Shown here: piece after piece, positions 49,541 through 58,928 of the stretch | Layout of the letters: each line of letters begins with the position of its first letter | Position numbering within the stretch: position 1 is the first letter of the stretch | Assembly: GCA_045589895.1 (NCBI GenBank) | Contig: JAZNPY010000002.1 | Coordinates: forward strand, 34,546 to 98,545 | Source of the DNA: Candidatus Nanosyncoccus sp. | Lineage (GTDB): Bacteria > Patescibacteriota > Saccharimonadia > Saccharimonadales > Saccharimonadaceae | Direction of reading: 5' to 3' | Length of the DNA: 64,000 bases | Program-made: the position numbers and the translations under genes | Notes under the pieces: generated by a model | What the model was told of the DNA's origin: nothing | The model's database searches: none | Seen by the model: the letters and a program-made list of their open reading frames with translations, nothing else

Positions 49541-50701
49541 CTAGGACTTAAGCAGGCGTTCCTGTTCAGAATTAATAGCGGCGGCGATACATTCGGCAGC
49601 GAGGCGAATTTGAGCCTCGTCGTTTAGTGCACCAAATGAAACTCTGAGGCTGCCGGCAATCTCCTCATCAGAGAGACCGATAGCTTTTAAGACGTGAGAT
49701 TTTTCGCCTTTGGAGGCGGCACAGGCGGCTCCAGTGGACAAATAGATTTCTTCGTCTTCGAGTTTATAGATTATTCTTTCGGCGTCAATACCTGAAAAGC
49801 TGACTGGACAAAAGTTGGCGAGCTGATGTTTTTCAGCTTTTTCGCCAAGAAAAATCGGCTGAATTTTTGAATTGGCGCTGAGTGTAGTTTTAAAAATTTT
49901 CTTGAAATTCTCGAAAGTTCGGCGATGACTTTCTAGATGTTTTTTCGCCTCTTCGGCTGCAACGGCGAAAGCCATAGTACCAGGAACATTTTCAGTCCCA
50001 GAACGCAGGCCACGTTCCTGGCCGCCACCAGTAGTGATTGGGCTAAGTTTGATTCGATGCGCAATGTAAAGAGCGCCAACACCTTTCGGGCCATAGATTT
50101 TTGCGGCGTTTAATGTCAGAAGATCAGTTTTTAGTCTGGCAACATTGATATTAACTAGATTCATAGCCTGTGAAGCGTCAGAGTGGAGGTAGAGTGGAAG
50201 TTTGTTATTGTTTTTTAAACGATTTTCTCGAATTTTTTCAATAATTTCTGCAACCTCGTTTAGCGGCTGAATGATACCAAGCTCGTTATTAGCAAGAGAA
50301 ACGGAAATTAAAATCGTATCGTCGGTAATTTTGTTTTTTAAATCATCGAGATTGATTAAACCAGTTTTTTCGTGCACCCTAACAATATCGTGATGAAATT
50401 TTTTAGCGGTATTCAGCACAGAGGCATGCTCGGTTTCAAGAACTAGAACCTGATGCTCGCCGACCACGGTGAAAGCTAAGTTCGTAGCTTCGGTAGCCCC
50501 AGACGTAATAACTAAATCGTTTCCTTTTGCGCCAATAGTATGGGCAATCCTCGACTTTGCATCCTCGTAGGCTTCACGCACACGTTTGGCTGGGAGATAA
50601 GGACTAGACGGGTTGAAAAATTGATCCGAAAGATACGGCTCCATAGCAGCCCTAGCTTTTTCGGATAGTGGCGTAGCGGAAGCGTGGTCGAGATAAATCA
50701 T
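49541..50701 (-). CDS. Cysteine desulfurase (IscS/NifS family)
   Basis: YLDHASATP, HSDASQ, AAKIYGPKG, RSGTENV, STGAACAA. Confidence 0.93.
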   Translation of the reverse strand: MIYLDHASATPLSEKARAAMEPYLSDQFFNPSSPYLPAKRVREAYEDAKSRIAHTIGAKGNDLVITSGATEATNLAFTVVGEHQVLVLETEHASVLNTAKKFHHDIVRVHEKTGLINLDDLKNKITDDTILISVSLANNELGIIQPLNEVAEIIEKIRENRLKNNNKLPLYLHSDASQAMNLVNINVARLKTDLLTLNAAKIYGPKGVGALYIAHRIKLSPITTGGGQERGLRSGTENVPGTMAFAVAAEEAKKHLESHRRTFENFKKIFKTTLSANSKIQPIFLGEKAEKHQLANFCPVSFSGIDAERIIYKLEDEEIYLSTGAACAASKGEKSHVLKAIGLSDEEIAGSLRVSFGALNDEAQIRLAAECIAAAINSEQERLLKS

Positions 50702-50703
50702 AT

Positions 50704-52794
50704 TTAAACCTTATTGATGACTGGAATAACAATTGGGGTATGGCCAGTGGCATCAAAGAGAATATGAGTGACGTCCTCTTTGATTTCATCTTTCAAGACC
50801 CTGAGCTCTGGATCGGTAGAAATTGATTTGTCGGTTTTTTGACGAAGATAGTGACGGATTTTACCGATTAATTCTTCGGAATTATCAAGATAGATAAAAG
50901 CACGAGAAACAATGTCTGGAGTTTTGACAAGATGACCATTCTTCTTCGAGATGGTGAGAATAATGACGAAAATACCTTCACGAGAAATGTGGATACGATC
51001 TTTCACTACTGCTTCATGAACTGGTTGATCGGCATCATCGAAAAGTTTGTTACCGGCGTGGATACGACCGTTTTTACGAATAGTTTTATCTGGCAAAAGT
51101 TCAACAATATCGCCATCATCAGAAAGAATAATACGTTCGCGCGGGATGCCAATCACATTTTCTGCCATCTCGGCATTATGCTCGAGCATGTAAAATTCAC
51201 CATGGTATGGCATGTAGTTCAACGGACGAGTGCGTTCCAAGAAATCAACGTGATCTTCATAGTAAGCATGGCCAGAAAGATGGAGCGGACCAATATTCGT
51301 AAGGTGAGTTTTGCCATTCTGGATAACCTGAGCGCCTTCACGGAGGAGACCATCGACCGTATTCACAACGTGTGGCTCGTTGCCAGGAATCGGGTTCGAG
51401 CTGAAAACAATAGTATCGGTAGATTTAATCTTAATATACTTATGTGCGCCGGTGACCATGCGATTTAGAACTGCATTCAGCTCACCCTGAGAACCAGTAC
51501 AGACGATTGTAACTTTATCGTCTGGAAGTTTGATAATGTCTTCCATTTTCACGATTGTGTCTTTTGGAATTTTAATTTGTTTAGTGCGAAGAGCTACTTC
51601 GACGTTATTAATCATGGAGAAACCAGCAAAAGCGACTTTGCGGCCACGCTTGGCAGCTTCTTTTAGGACGAGCTCGATGCGAGAGATTTGGGACGAGAAA
51701 CATGAAACGATGATACGACCCGTCGCATAGTGATCCATGACCATACCCATACTATCACCGACATCAAATTCGGAATGTGGGTGGTGACCCGGGGAATCAA
51801 TATTGGTTGATTCGTTGAGCATGAGGGTGATTCCCTCGTTCTTCACAATTTCATCAATGCGCTCAAGGTCGGCTGGAGTGCCGATTGGATTAGCTTCGTG
51901 ACGCCAGTCTCCAGAAAGATAGATGACACCGTTCGGAGTACGAATAACAATGGCGGTGCTACCAGGGATAGAGTGGAGAACATGAATAAATTCAACACTA
52001 AAATGCTCGGAAATCTGGAATTTTTCATGTTTCAAAGGATTGACGACCTGATAGTTCAAATCTGGGACCTCGTCTAGTTCGGACATCTGTTTTTTGATCA
52101 TGCCAAGAGTAAAATCAGTGCCGTAAATTGGAGTTAGAGGGTTAAATTTCGGGAGGAGATGGCGACAAGCACCAATGTGATCAAGATGAGCGTGAGTAAA
52201 GAGAATTGCCTTTACTTTGTCACGATTGTCTTCGAGGTATTTGATGTCTGGGATGAGGTAGTTAACACCTGGGTAGTCGTCGCCAGCAAAAAGTACACCC
52301 ATATCGACAACTATCATTTCGGATTTATATTCGATAATCGTCATGTTCTTGCCGATGCCAAATTCGCCAACGCCGCCGATAGGAATGATGCGGACGGCAT
52401 CAGGATTAGGGCGAGCCGCTTTTAGCTGGGCGTTAGTAACTTGTGAACCCTGGTAGCCATTGTAGCGGGATTTGTTGACTGGGACACCGATAATGTGCTG
52501 AGTGGCCTGGGCATTAACATCCTGAGAAAGCATACGTTGATGATGAACCATCTCACCTTTTCTGGTTGAAACGGAAAGATTAACCTTACGCTCATCTGGA
52601 ACGACAGCTTTCTTTTTCGACTTTTTAGCGGCAGGTTTAGCCGTCGATTGCTTTTTTGTCAGCTTAGCATTCTTGACAGTAGGTTTCTGCTTTGAAACCT
52701 TCTGGCGTTCCTCGAACTCCTTTCTAATTTTTGGCAAACGCTCTTTGCTCATTTCTAGCAAACGTGCGCGACGTTCTTGTTCTTGTTGATTCAC
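50704..52794 (-). CDS. rnj: Ribonuclease J with basic N-terminal extension
   Basis: GKNM, THAHLDHIG, ESTN, TGSQGE, HLSGH. Confidence 0.95.
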   Translation of the reverse strand: MNQQEQERRARLLEMSKERLPKIRKEFEERQKVSKQKPTVKNAKLTKKQSTAKPAAKKSKKKAVVPDERKVNLSVSTRKGEMVHHQRMLSQDVNAQATQHIIGVPVNKSRYNGYQGSQVTNAQLKAARPNPDAVRIIPIGGVGEFGIGKNMTIIEYKSEMIVVDMGVLFAGDDYPGVNYLIPDIKYLEDNRDKVKAILFTHAHLDHIGACRHLLPKFNPLTPIYGTDFTLGMIKKQMSELDEVPDLNYQVVNPLKHEKFQISEHFSVEFIHVLHSIPGSTAIVIRTPNGVIYLSGDWRHEANPIGTPADLERIDEIVKNEGITLMLNESTNIDSPGHHPHSEFDVGDSMGMVMDHYATGRIIVSCFSSQISRIELVLKEAAKRGRKVAFAGFSMINNVEVALRTKQIKIPKDTIVKMEDIIKLPDDKVTIVCTGSQGELNAVLNRMVTGAHKYIKIKSTDTIVFSSNPIPGNEPHVVNTVDGLLREGAQVIQNGKTHLTNIGPLHLSGHAYYEDHVDFLERTRPLNYMPYHGEFYMLEHNAEMAENVIGIPRERIILSDDGDIVELLPDKTIRKNGRIHAGNKLFDDADQPVHEAVVKDRIHISREGIFVIILTISKKNGHLVKTPDIVSRAFIYLDNSEELIGKIRHYLRQKTDKSISTDPELRVLKDEIKEDVTHILFDATGHTPIVIPVINKV

Positions 52795-52927
52795 TTTATT
52801 TTCCCTTTTATTGTTAACGATTTTAGATTAACTTGCGTGCCCCCCGCAAATATAATACAAGCAAATATTAGTACTTTAATTTTATCGCTTTAGCCAAGAT
52901 TTGTCAAGAGGCTGAAGGGAAAACTAA

Positions 52928-54688
52928 CTAGTCTTCTTCGACGATTTCGAGGTGTAAATCTTCCAGCTGGTCTTCGTCTACTACGGAAGGCGAGTTCATC
53001 ATCAGATCGATACCAGAGCCATTCTTCGGGAAGGCGACAATATCGCGAATGTTTTTTGCGTCAGTTAAGACCATGAAGATACGCTCAATACCAAAGGCAC
53101 AACCAGCATGAGGTGGAGCTCCGAATTTGAAGGCATTTAACATACCACCAAAGCGTTCCTCAACGTATTTTTTATCATAGCCTAAAATGCCAAATACTTT
53201 GTACATAATGTCTGGATTATGGTTGCGGACGGCACCGGAACAGATCTCGTAACCGTTCATGACCATGTCATATTGGTCGGCGACAATGGCAAGTTTTTCT
53301 TCGTCAGTCTTGGCGGCCTCCAAAGTCTCGAGTCCACCTTTTGGCATAGAGAATGGGTTGTGGCCAAAATCAATCTTCTTTTCGCCGTCATTAAACTCAT
53401 AGAACGGAAAGTCAACGACCCAACAGAGGGCGACTTTATTATCATCTTTAAGATTAAAGTGATCAGCGAAGCTAATGCGTAAAGCACCTAAAACTTTGTT
53501 GACCTTTTCGCGTGTATCGGCGCCGAAGAAAACTGCATCGCCATTTTCAGCTTTTGTTAGCTCTTTGATTTTTGCAAGCTCTTCTGGCTTGAGGAATTTG
53601 GCGATCGGCGATTTTTCAGTGTCGTTTTCATAAATAATGTAAGCGAGGCCGCCAGCACCAAGTTTTCTGGCTTGGTCGGTAAAGCCGTCAATCTGGGAAC
53701 GAGTGAGTGAGGCGCCGCCTTTGACGCAAAGTGCCTTTACGCATGGACTCTGGAAAACTTTGAAATCTGTATCTTTTAAGGCATCAGTTAGCTCAATCAG
53801 TTCCATGTCATAGCGAAGATCAGGTTTATCTGTGCCATATTTTTCCATAGCTTCAACATATGGGATGCGTGGAATATCCTCGGAGACCAACTCTTTGTGT
53901 GCAAAATCTTTAACTAGATTTTTAATTAGAGGCTCAACCTCTCGACGGACGATTTCACCATCGTCAACGAAGGCCATCTCAAGATCAAGCTGATAGAAGT
54001 CACCGTAAAGACGGTCAGCACGTGGATCCTCATCGCGGAAACATGGGGCGATTTGGAAGTAACGTGGCACGCCACCAACCATGAGCAGCTGCTTGAACTG
54101 TTGTGGGGCTTGAGGGAGAGCGTAAAACTTGCCAGGATGGATACGCGAAGGAACTAGAAAATCACGGGCGCCTTCTGGAGACGAGTTAGCAAGAATCGGA
54201 GTAGTAACCTCGATAAACTCGTGATCAAGCATATATTTTCGCATGAATTGGTAGAAATCAGAGCGGCGACGAATCAAGTTCTGCATGCTCGGACGGCGAA
54301 GATCAAGATAGCGGTATTTTAGACGGAGGTCTTCACCGGTCTCTGGACCGTCGTCGTGAGTGTTAACTGGAAGGGTTTCAGACTTATTCAAAAGCTCGAG
54401 AGTATCTACAACGAGTTCAATATCGCCCGTTTCGATATTTGGATTCTTTAGTTCTGGAGCACGCTCGCGAATTTTGCCGGTCGCAGTAATTACAAATTCG
54501 TCACGTAGACTCTCCGCAAGCCTAAAAGCGTCTTTAGTATCAGGGGTAATGACGAGCTGGATAAGGCCTTTGTGGTCGCGAAGATCAATGAAGATTAGTC
54601 CACCATGGTCACGTCGAGAGTTGACCCAGCCGGCTACGGTTACATTCTTACCAAGATAGTTTTTTAACTCTGTAGATAGTGTTCTCAT
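52928..54688 (-). CDS. aspS: Aspartate--tRNA ligase
   Basis: RDHGGLIFIDLRD, RYRYLDLRR-like, PEGARDF, ALPQAPQ, GAPPHAG. Confidence 0.98.
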   Translation of the reverse strand: MRTLSTELKNYLGKNVTVAGWVNSRRDHGGLIFIDLRDHKGLIQLVITPDTKDAFRLAESLRDEFVITATGKIRERAPELKNPNIETGDIELVVDTLELLNKSETLPVNTHDDGPETGEDLRLKYRYLDLRRPSMQNLIRRRSDFYQFMRKYMLDHEFIEVTTPILANSSPEGARDFLVPSRIHPGKFYALPQAPQQFKQLLMVGGVPRYFQIAPCFRDEDPRADRLYGDFYQLDLEMAFVDDGEIVRREVEPLIKNLVKDFAHKELVSEDIPRIPYVEAMEKYGTDKPDLRYDMELIELTDALKDTDFKVFQSPCVKALCVKGGASLTRSQIDGFTDQARKLGAGGLAYIIYENDTEKSPIAKFLKPEELAKIKELTKAENGDAVFFGADTREKVNKVLGALRISFADHFNLKDDNKVALCWVVDFPFYEFNDGEKKIDFGHNPFSMPKGGLETLEAAKTDEEKLAIVADQYDMVMNGYEICSGAVRNHNPDIMYKVFGILGYDKKYVEERFGGMLNAFKFGAPPHAGCAFGIERIFMVLTDAKNIRDIVAFPKNGSGIDLMMNSPSVVDEDQLEDLHLEIVEED

Positions 54689-54709
54689 ATCTATAAATTA
54701 TATTACATC

Positions 54710-54738
54710 TTGACAAATTTGTAAATGTTTGATACAAT
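54710..54738 (+). promoter_or_regulatory. Promoter divergent from aspS
   Basis: TTGACA-N17-TACAAT. Confidence 0.8.
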
Positions 54739-54816
54739 AGATAGGTCGTCTTTTGCGGAACGTCATTTTTGTAGATGGCACGGTCGGTCGTAAAGACGAT
54801 GCAATTAAACAGGAGT

Positions 54817-54921
54817 ATGAACTTTAATATGCGTATCGGACTTAAGCGAGCTTACGCTCGTAAAAAGTTACAGATTCCTCCTGCCCCATGGCAAGAGTTT
54901 ATCGAAACGAAAATTGCATAA
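54817..54921 (+). CDS. Unannotated 34-aa small protein MNFNMRIGLKRAYARKKLQIPPAPWQEFIETKIA
   Basis: Own promoter, SD CAGGAG 6-7 nt upstream, and stop immediately before a terminator; below the ORF-track size cutoff. Confidence 0.6.
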   Translation: MNFNMRIGLKRAYARKKLQIPPAPWQEFIETKIA

Positions 54922-54949
54922 AAAATACCACCCTTCGGGGTGGTATTTT
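54922..54949. terminator. Bidirectional intrinsic terminator
   Basis: AAAATACCACCC-TTCG-GGGTGGTATTTT. Confidence 0.9.
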
Positions 54950-54950
54950 G

Positions 54951-55682
54951 CTATTCCTGAGCCTTTAGCTTGGCATCGATTTTTTTGCGCATAGTGTTAT
55001 AAAAATCTTCTTCGGTCTTACCGCTAGAAAGATCGATATATTCACCGTCAAGATAGAAGGCTGGGGTGCCAGGAAGATCGACTTTTTTGCCAATACCCAT
55101 GTCGAAACTGATTTTTTTCGAGACTTCTTTGGATTTCATGTCGGCTTTAAATTTATCAACATCACCCTGACCGTCTGAGACTCCCTCAAATAAGCTGGAG
55201 AAGGTCATTTCCCTTTCGTCGGCATCAATGTCCTCCCAGTTTGACTGATTAGCAAAGAGCATATCAGTATACTCTTTCCAGTAGCCTTGCAAGCCAGCAG
55301 CTTCGGCAGCAGAGGCGGCCGCAGTGCCATTCTGATGATAGGACAACAGATAGTTACGATAGACGACGGCAAGCTTACCCTTGTATTCTTCGACGAGTTT
55401 ATTTACGCGTGGATTAACAGAAGCACAACCTGGACACTGAAAGTCAGCATACTCAACTATAATAACTGGGGCGTTCTTGTCGCCTTTCACATGGTCGCCG
55501 ATTCCACCGTTGTCATCGTTGCCAGAGATAATGCTGTTGAAATCATATTTGCTGTAGTCAACTTCGTTCGCTTTTTTATCCATCAAACTCCAAGTGGCAA
55601 GGCCGATCAAAACGGCTAGTGCTAGGACAGCAGCAATAACCCCAAGTACCGAAAACCCAGATTTCGAGAAACTTCTTTTCAT
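54951..55682 (-). CDS. DsbA family thioredoxin-fold protein
   Basis: N-terminal TM, EYADFQCPGC, GTPAF. Confidence 0.92.
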   Translation of the reverse strand: MKRSFSKSGFSVLGVIAAVLALAVLIGLATWSLMDKKANEVDYSKYDFNSIISGNDDNGGIGDHVKGDKNAPVIIVEYADFQCPGCASVNPRVNKLVEEYKGKLAVVYRNYLLSYHQNGTAAASAAEAAGLQGYWKEYTDMLFANQSNWEDIDADEREMTFSSLFEGVSDGQGDVDKFKADMKSKEVSKKISFDMGIGKKVDLPGTPAFYLDGEYIDLSSGKTEEDFYNTMRKKIDAKLKAQE

Positions 55683-55735
55683 CTTACTCCTAATTTATGC
55701 TATACTAATTAATATAATACCATAAAAAATGGCAG

Positions 55736-56455
55736 GTGACTATGCAAGAATTTATGAAAAAACTTGTGAAAAACCTCGATCCAAAGTTGGAACGCTATCG
55801 CGAAACTGGTAGCCAAAAGGATGAGGACAAACTGCCGACTTATAGTCCAAAAACGCTTGAGGCTTTTCTGCAGATTATCAAAAATACGCCGTTCTCGGTA
55901 TTGTCGAGAGAGGATCGAACGACGATTGCTTCGGCAATTAGTTTTCGCGACCGCAAAGTCAGCAGTATAATGCTACCAAAAAATAAAATTACTTTTGTGT
56001 TTGAACATGATTTTCTGGGGCCGCTAATGTTAGATCGTTTATATCAGTCTGGATATTCGAGATTTCCGGTGCTGAGCTCGGACGGGCGGCAAGTGGTAGG
56101 CGTGATTGAAACTAAAAAGTTGAATTCGCTAGAAATCCGTGCGAATGATCGAGCTTCGAGCTATATGAGCAAAACAGTATATTACTTGCGAGATGATTAT
56201 ACTCTCAAGCAGGCTTTTGCGGCGTTTTTGAGGACAAATTCATTCTTTTATATCGTAGTAAATGATCAGGGCCAGGTGGTGGGGCTTTTGACTTATAAAA
56301 TGCTTGTCACGCAACTTTTGGGATATGAACCGGAAGATGATTTTTCGAGCGATAGTAATCTAGCGGCGGTGATGAAGCGTGGGCGGACTAAAGAAGTAGC
56401 TGAAAAACCAGAACAATCCCAGCCAGAACCAAGCGATAATAACCAAACGTCCTAA
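55736..56455 (+). CDS. CBS-domain protein (CorC/HlyC-like cytoplasmic part)
   Basis: SIMLPK, SGYSRFPV, second CBS domain with IVVNDQGQVVGLLT. Confidence 0.8.
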   Translation: MTMQEFMKKLVKNLDPKLERYRETGSQKDEDKLPTYSPKTLEAFLQIIKNTPFSVLSREDRTTIASAISFRDRKVSSIMLPKNKITFVFEHDFLGPLMLDRLYQSGYSRFPVLSSDGRQVVGVIETKKLNSLEIRANDRASSYMSKTVYYLRDDYTLKQAFAAFLRTNSFFYIVVNDQGQVVGLLTYKMLVTQLLGYEPEDDFSSDSNLAAVMKRGRTKEVAEKPEQSQPEPSDNNQTS

Positions 56456-57194
56456 GACTGCCAGGGCGCTTGAGGTATTTTAAGACAAAACTAATTGCAA
56501 AAAGACCAGCAATAAGAGCAACCAGATTCGATGCCGCAAGCGTCGCAAAATTGGCAAAGAGATACTCACGTGCAGATGAGCTAATAAGTGTCTTTAGGCA
56601 AACAGCGGTCATGAGAGGGATTGAAACCAGAAAGGAATAATCGGCGGCAGACTCGGAATCTAGCCCAGCAATACGGCCAGCGACGATGGTGGAGCCAGAG
56701 CGCGAAACACCAGGAATGAGCGCTAAAGTCTGAGCGAGACCAATACCAAGAGCGCGAGACTTAGTCAGTTCGTTTTCGTTTTTGAGTTTCGAAAAATGTG
56801 GAAGCTTGTCCGCAATTATCATCAAAAAGCCGATAATACCCATAGCGATAGCAATAGTCGTGAGTGATGAGAAAAATGAAGCATTTTCAATAAGGTCGCC
56901 GAGGAGTAGTCCAGCGAGTCCTGCTGGGATACAAGTGATAATGATATTGATTGCGAGTTTAAAATTCCGCTTTTTAAATATGTCCGCTAAGATTGCGACG
57001 ATTTTTTGACGATAATAAGTAATCAATGCGAGAAGGGTACCAAAATTAATCAGCTCGAGAAAGTAGTGAAAGTCGTCGGGACGAGTGCTGCTTAGGATAT
57101 GCTGGATAATTTCAAGATGTCCAGAGGAAGATACTGGAATAAATTCGGTAAGGCCCTGAACGAGGCCAAGAATAATAGCAATAAATAAACTCAT
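56388..57194 (-). CDS. uppP: Undecaprenyl-diphosphate phosphatase
   Basis: GLVQGLTEFIPVSSSGH, PGVSRSG. Confidence 0.96.
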   Translation of the reverse strand: MSLFIAIILGLVQGLTEFIPVSSSGHLEIIQHILSSTRPDDFHYFLELINFGTLLALITYYRQKIVAILADIFKKRNFKLAINIIITCIPAGLAGLLLGDLIENASFFSSLTTIAIAMGIIGFLMIIADKLPHFSKLKNENELTKSRALGIGLAQTLALIPGVSRSGSTIVAGRIAGLDSESAADYSFLVSIPLMTAVCLKTLISSSAREYLFANFATLAASNLVALIAGLFAISFVLKYLKRPGSLRTFGYYRLVLAGIVLVFQLLL

Positions 57195-57212
57195 GGTTTA
57201 ATTATAACACGG

Positions 57213-57914
57213 CTAGGCCATATTAGTGTGAACGGCGACCACATCATCAAGATCGTCAACGGCGTCGAGGAGCTTTTCGGCTTTTTCGGCATCGTCACCT
57301 TCGAGCGTAACGTTATTGCTGGCGACATATTTTAGCTCGGCAGATTGGATATCCATACCAGAATCCACAAGTGCCTGACGAACCTTGGCAAGATCGGAAG
57401 GAGCGGTAATGATTTCAATACCGTCATCTTCCTCAGTCGCATCTTCAGCACCAGCATCGAGAGCAGTCATGAGTGCATCTTCGCCTTTATTACTAATGAA
57501 AATCACACCTTTACGCTCGAACTGGAACATAACGCTGCCCGGATCGGCCATGCGACCACCATTTTTCTGAAGAGTGTTTCTAACTTCTGGCATAGTACGA
57601 TTTTTATTGTCGGTAGCAACTTCGATAATTACGCCGATACCGCCAGGGCCGTAAGCCTCATAAGTTTCCTCAATCAAAGCTGCACCCTCTTTCGAGCTAG
57701 CACGAGCAATAGCACGTTCAATATTTGCCTTAGGCATATTTGCATGACGTGCTTTTTCAAGCACCATGGCGAGACTTGGGTTCATGGCTGGGTCTGCGCC
57801 AGCGCGAGCAGCAATTGCAATCTGATTACCAATCTTAGTGAAAAGTGCGCCACGCTTTGCGTCGACGACGGCTTTCTGGCGCTTAGTGGTTTCCCATTTA
57901 CTGTGTCCTGACAT
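57213..57914 (-). CDS. yebC: YebC/PmpR family protein
   Basis: MSGHSKW, EAYGPGG, TDNKNRT. Confidence 0.96.
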   Translation of the reverse strand: MSGHSKWETTKRQKAVVDAKRGALFTKIGNQIAIAARAGADPAMNPSLAMVLEKARHANMPKANIERAIARASSKEGAALIEETYEAYGPGGIGVIIEVATDNKNRTMPEVRNTLQKNGGRMADPGSVMFQFERKGVIFISNKGEDALMTALDAGAEDATEEDDGIEIITAPSDLAKVRQALVDSGMDIQSAELKYVASNNVTLEGDDAEKAEKLLDAVDDLDDVVAVHTNMA

Positions 57915-57990
57915 TTTAGCTCCTTAGTTATTGTTGAAATACTTACATTTATTATAACATAATTCTAGGTTTTGTGATATAATTATAGAT

Positions 57991-58076
57991 GGAAAGGTGG
58001 CCGAGTGGTTGAAGGCACTGGTCTTGAAAACCAGAGATGGAAACATCCGCAGGTTCGAATCCTGTCCTTTCCGCCA
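57991..58076 (+). tRNA. tRNA-Ser(UGA)
   Basis: Acceptor GGAAAGG/CCTTTCC, anticodon arm CTGGT-CTTGAAA-ACCAG, variable arm, discriminator G, CCA. Confidence 0.96.
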
Positions 58077-58098
58077 AGTCGAATAAAAAACTATTCGA

Positions 58099-58815
58099 TT
58101 ATTTTGTTTTACAGTTATTCGTTAAGACTTCCTGCATTTTATCTTTTTCGGCTTGTCTAACCGATAGGTTGTAAAAATTTTTAATTTCTATCTGCTGAAT
58201 TATATATTTACACCAATATTCTGTATTTTCTGGTAGCCAATCGGCAGCATCTTTACTACCTTTGCTTCGATTTGCAGAATCGGAAGTAGCTATTAAAACT
58301 CTGTCTTCATCATTAACGTAACTTATCCAAGTTTCTTGGTTCCATAAATACCCACCGCTATCCCAAGCGTTTTTCTTGGCAACAATGTGGTCTATGTCAA
58401 TTCCATCTTTAAGGGAAATAGTTTTTCCGGTATAGTAGTCAAAGAGTTCGCCGGATTGAATCTCGCAACTATCATTTATCATATTTTCTAAAGAATTTAG
58501 TAAAATATCAGAACGAGTTTTACAACCACTATTATTTATGTTAGTCCAATCAGTAGGAACATTGCCGTTGGAATTGTATTTTATAGGTGCATTGTCAGTT
58601 GTTCTAACTTTTAGAATAGTAAGAGTATTTTTAGCTTTGTGCAACCCATAATAGGTAACCGTATAAATTGAACCTGGCGGACTAACAATCTCGTTGTAGA
58701 CATAACCAGTGCCACCCGCTACGACGGCTAGACCAATCGTACCAGCAACGATTTTTGTTTTGCCATTTGTGGTTGATTTGACTTTACTGCTAGCGTTGGT
58801 TTTTTTGGTTGCCAT
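58099..58815 (-). CDS. Membrane-anchored HNH nuclease (DUF1524 / GmrSD C-terminal-like)
   Basis: N-terminal TM; CKTRSDIL, IDIDHIV..NAWDSG, SANRSKG..DAADWLP, CKY. Start likely ATG 58815. Confidence 0.85.
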   Translation of the reverse strand: MATKKTNASSKVKSTTNGKTKIVAGTIGLAVVAGGTGYVYNEIVSPPGSIYTVTYYGLHKAKNTLTILKVRTTDNAPIKYNSNGNVPTDWTNINNSGCKTRSDILLNSLENMINDSCEIQSGELFDYYTGKTISLKDGIDIDHIVAKKNAWDSGGYLWNQETWISYVNDEDRVLIATSDSANRSKGSKDAADWLPENTEYWCKYIIQQIEIKNFYNLSVRQAEKDKMQEVLTNNCKTK

Positions 58816-58862
58816 AACCATATTATAGCACAGTTAGGATGAAAGATCTTATGCCTTAACAG

Positions 58863-58928
58863 TGTCCGGATAATGTCCGGATAATTTTATTCTACAGGGG
58901 TAGTTTTGTCCGGATAATGTCCGGATAG
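58863..58928. repeat. Four 11-bp repeats TGTCCGGATA(A/G) in two tandem pairs
   Basis: Copies at 58863, 58874, 58907 and 58918. Confidence 0.95.

Noticed and set aside
56388-56455. 68-bp convergent overlap of the CBS gene and uppP
   Set aside because: Only a low-complexity tail overlaps, which is common in compact genomes.
57345-57911. 188-aa plus-strand ORF
   Set aside because: Antisense shadow of yebC.
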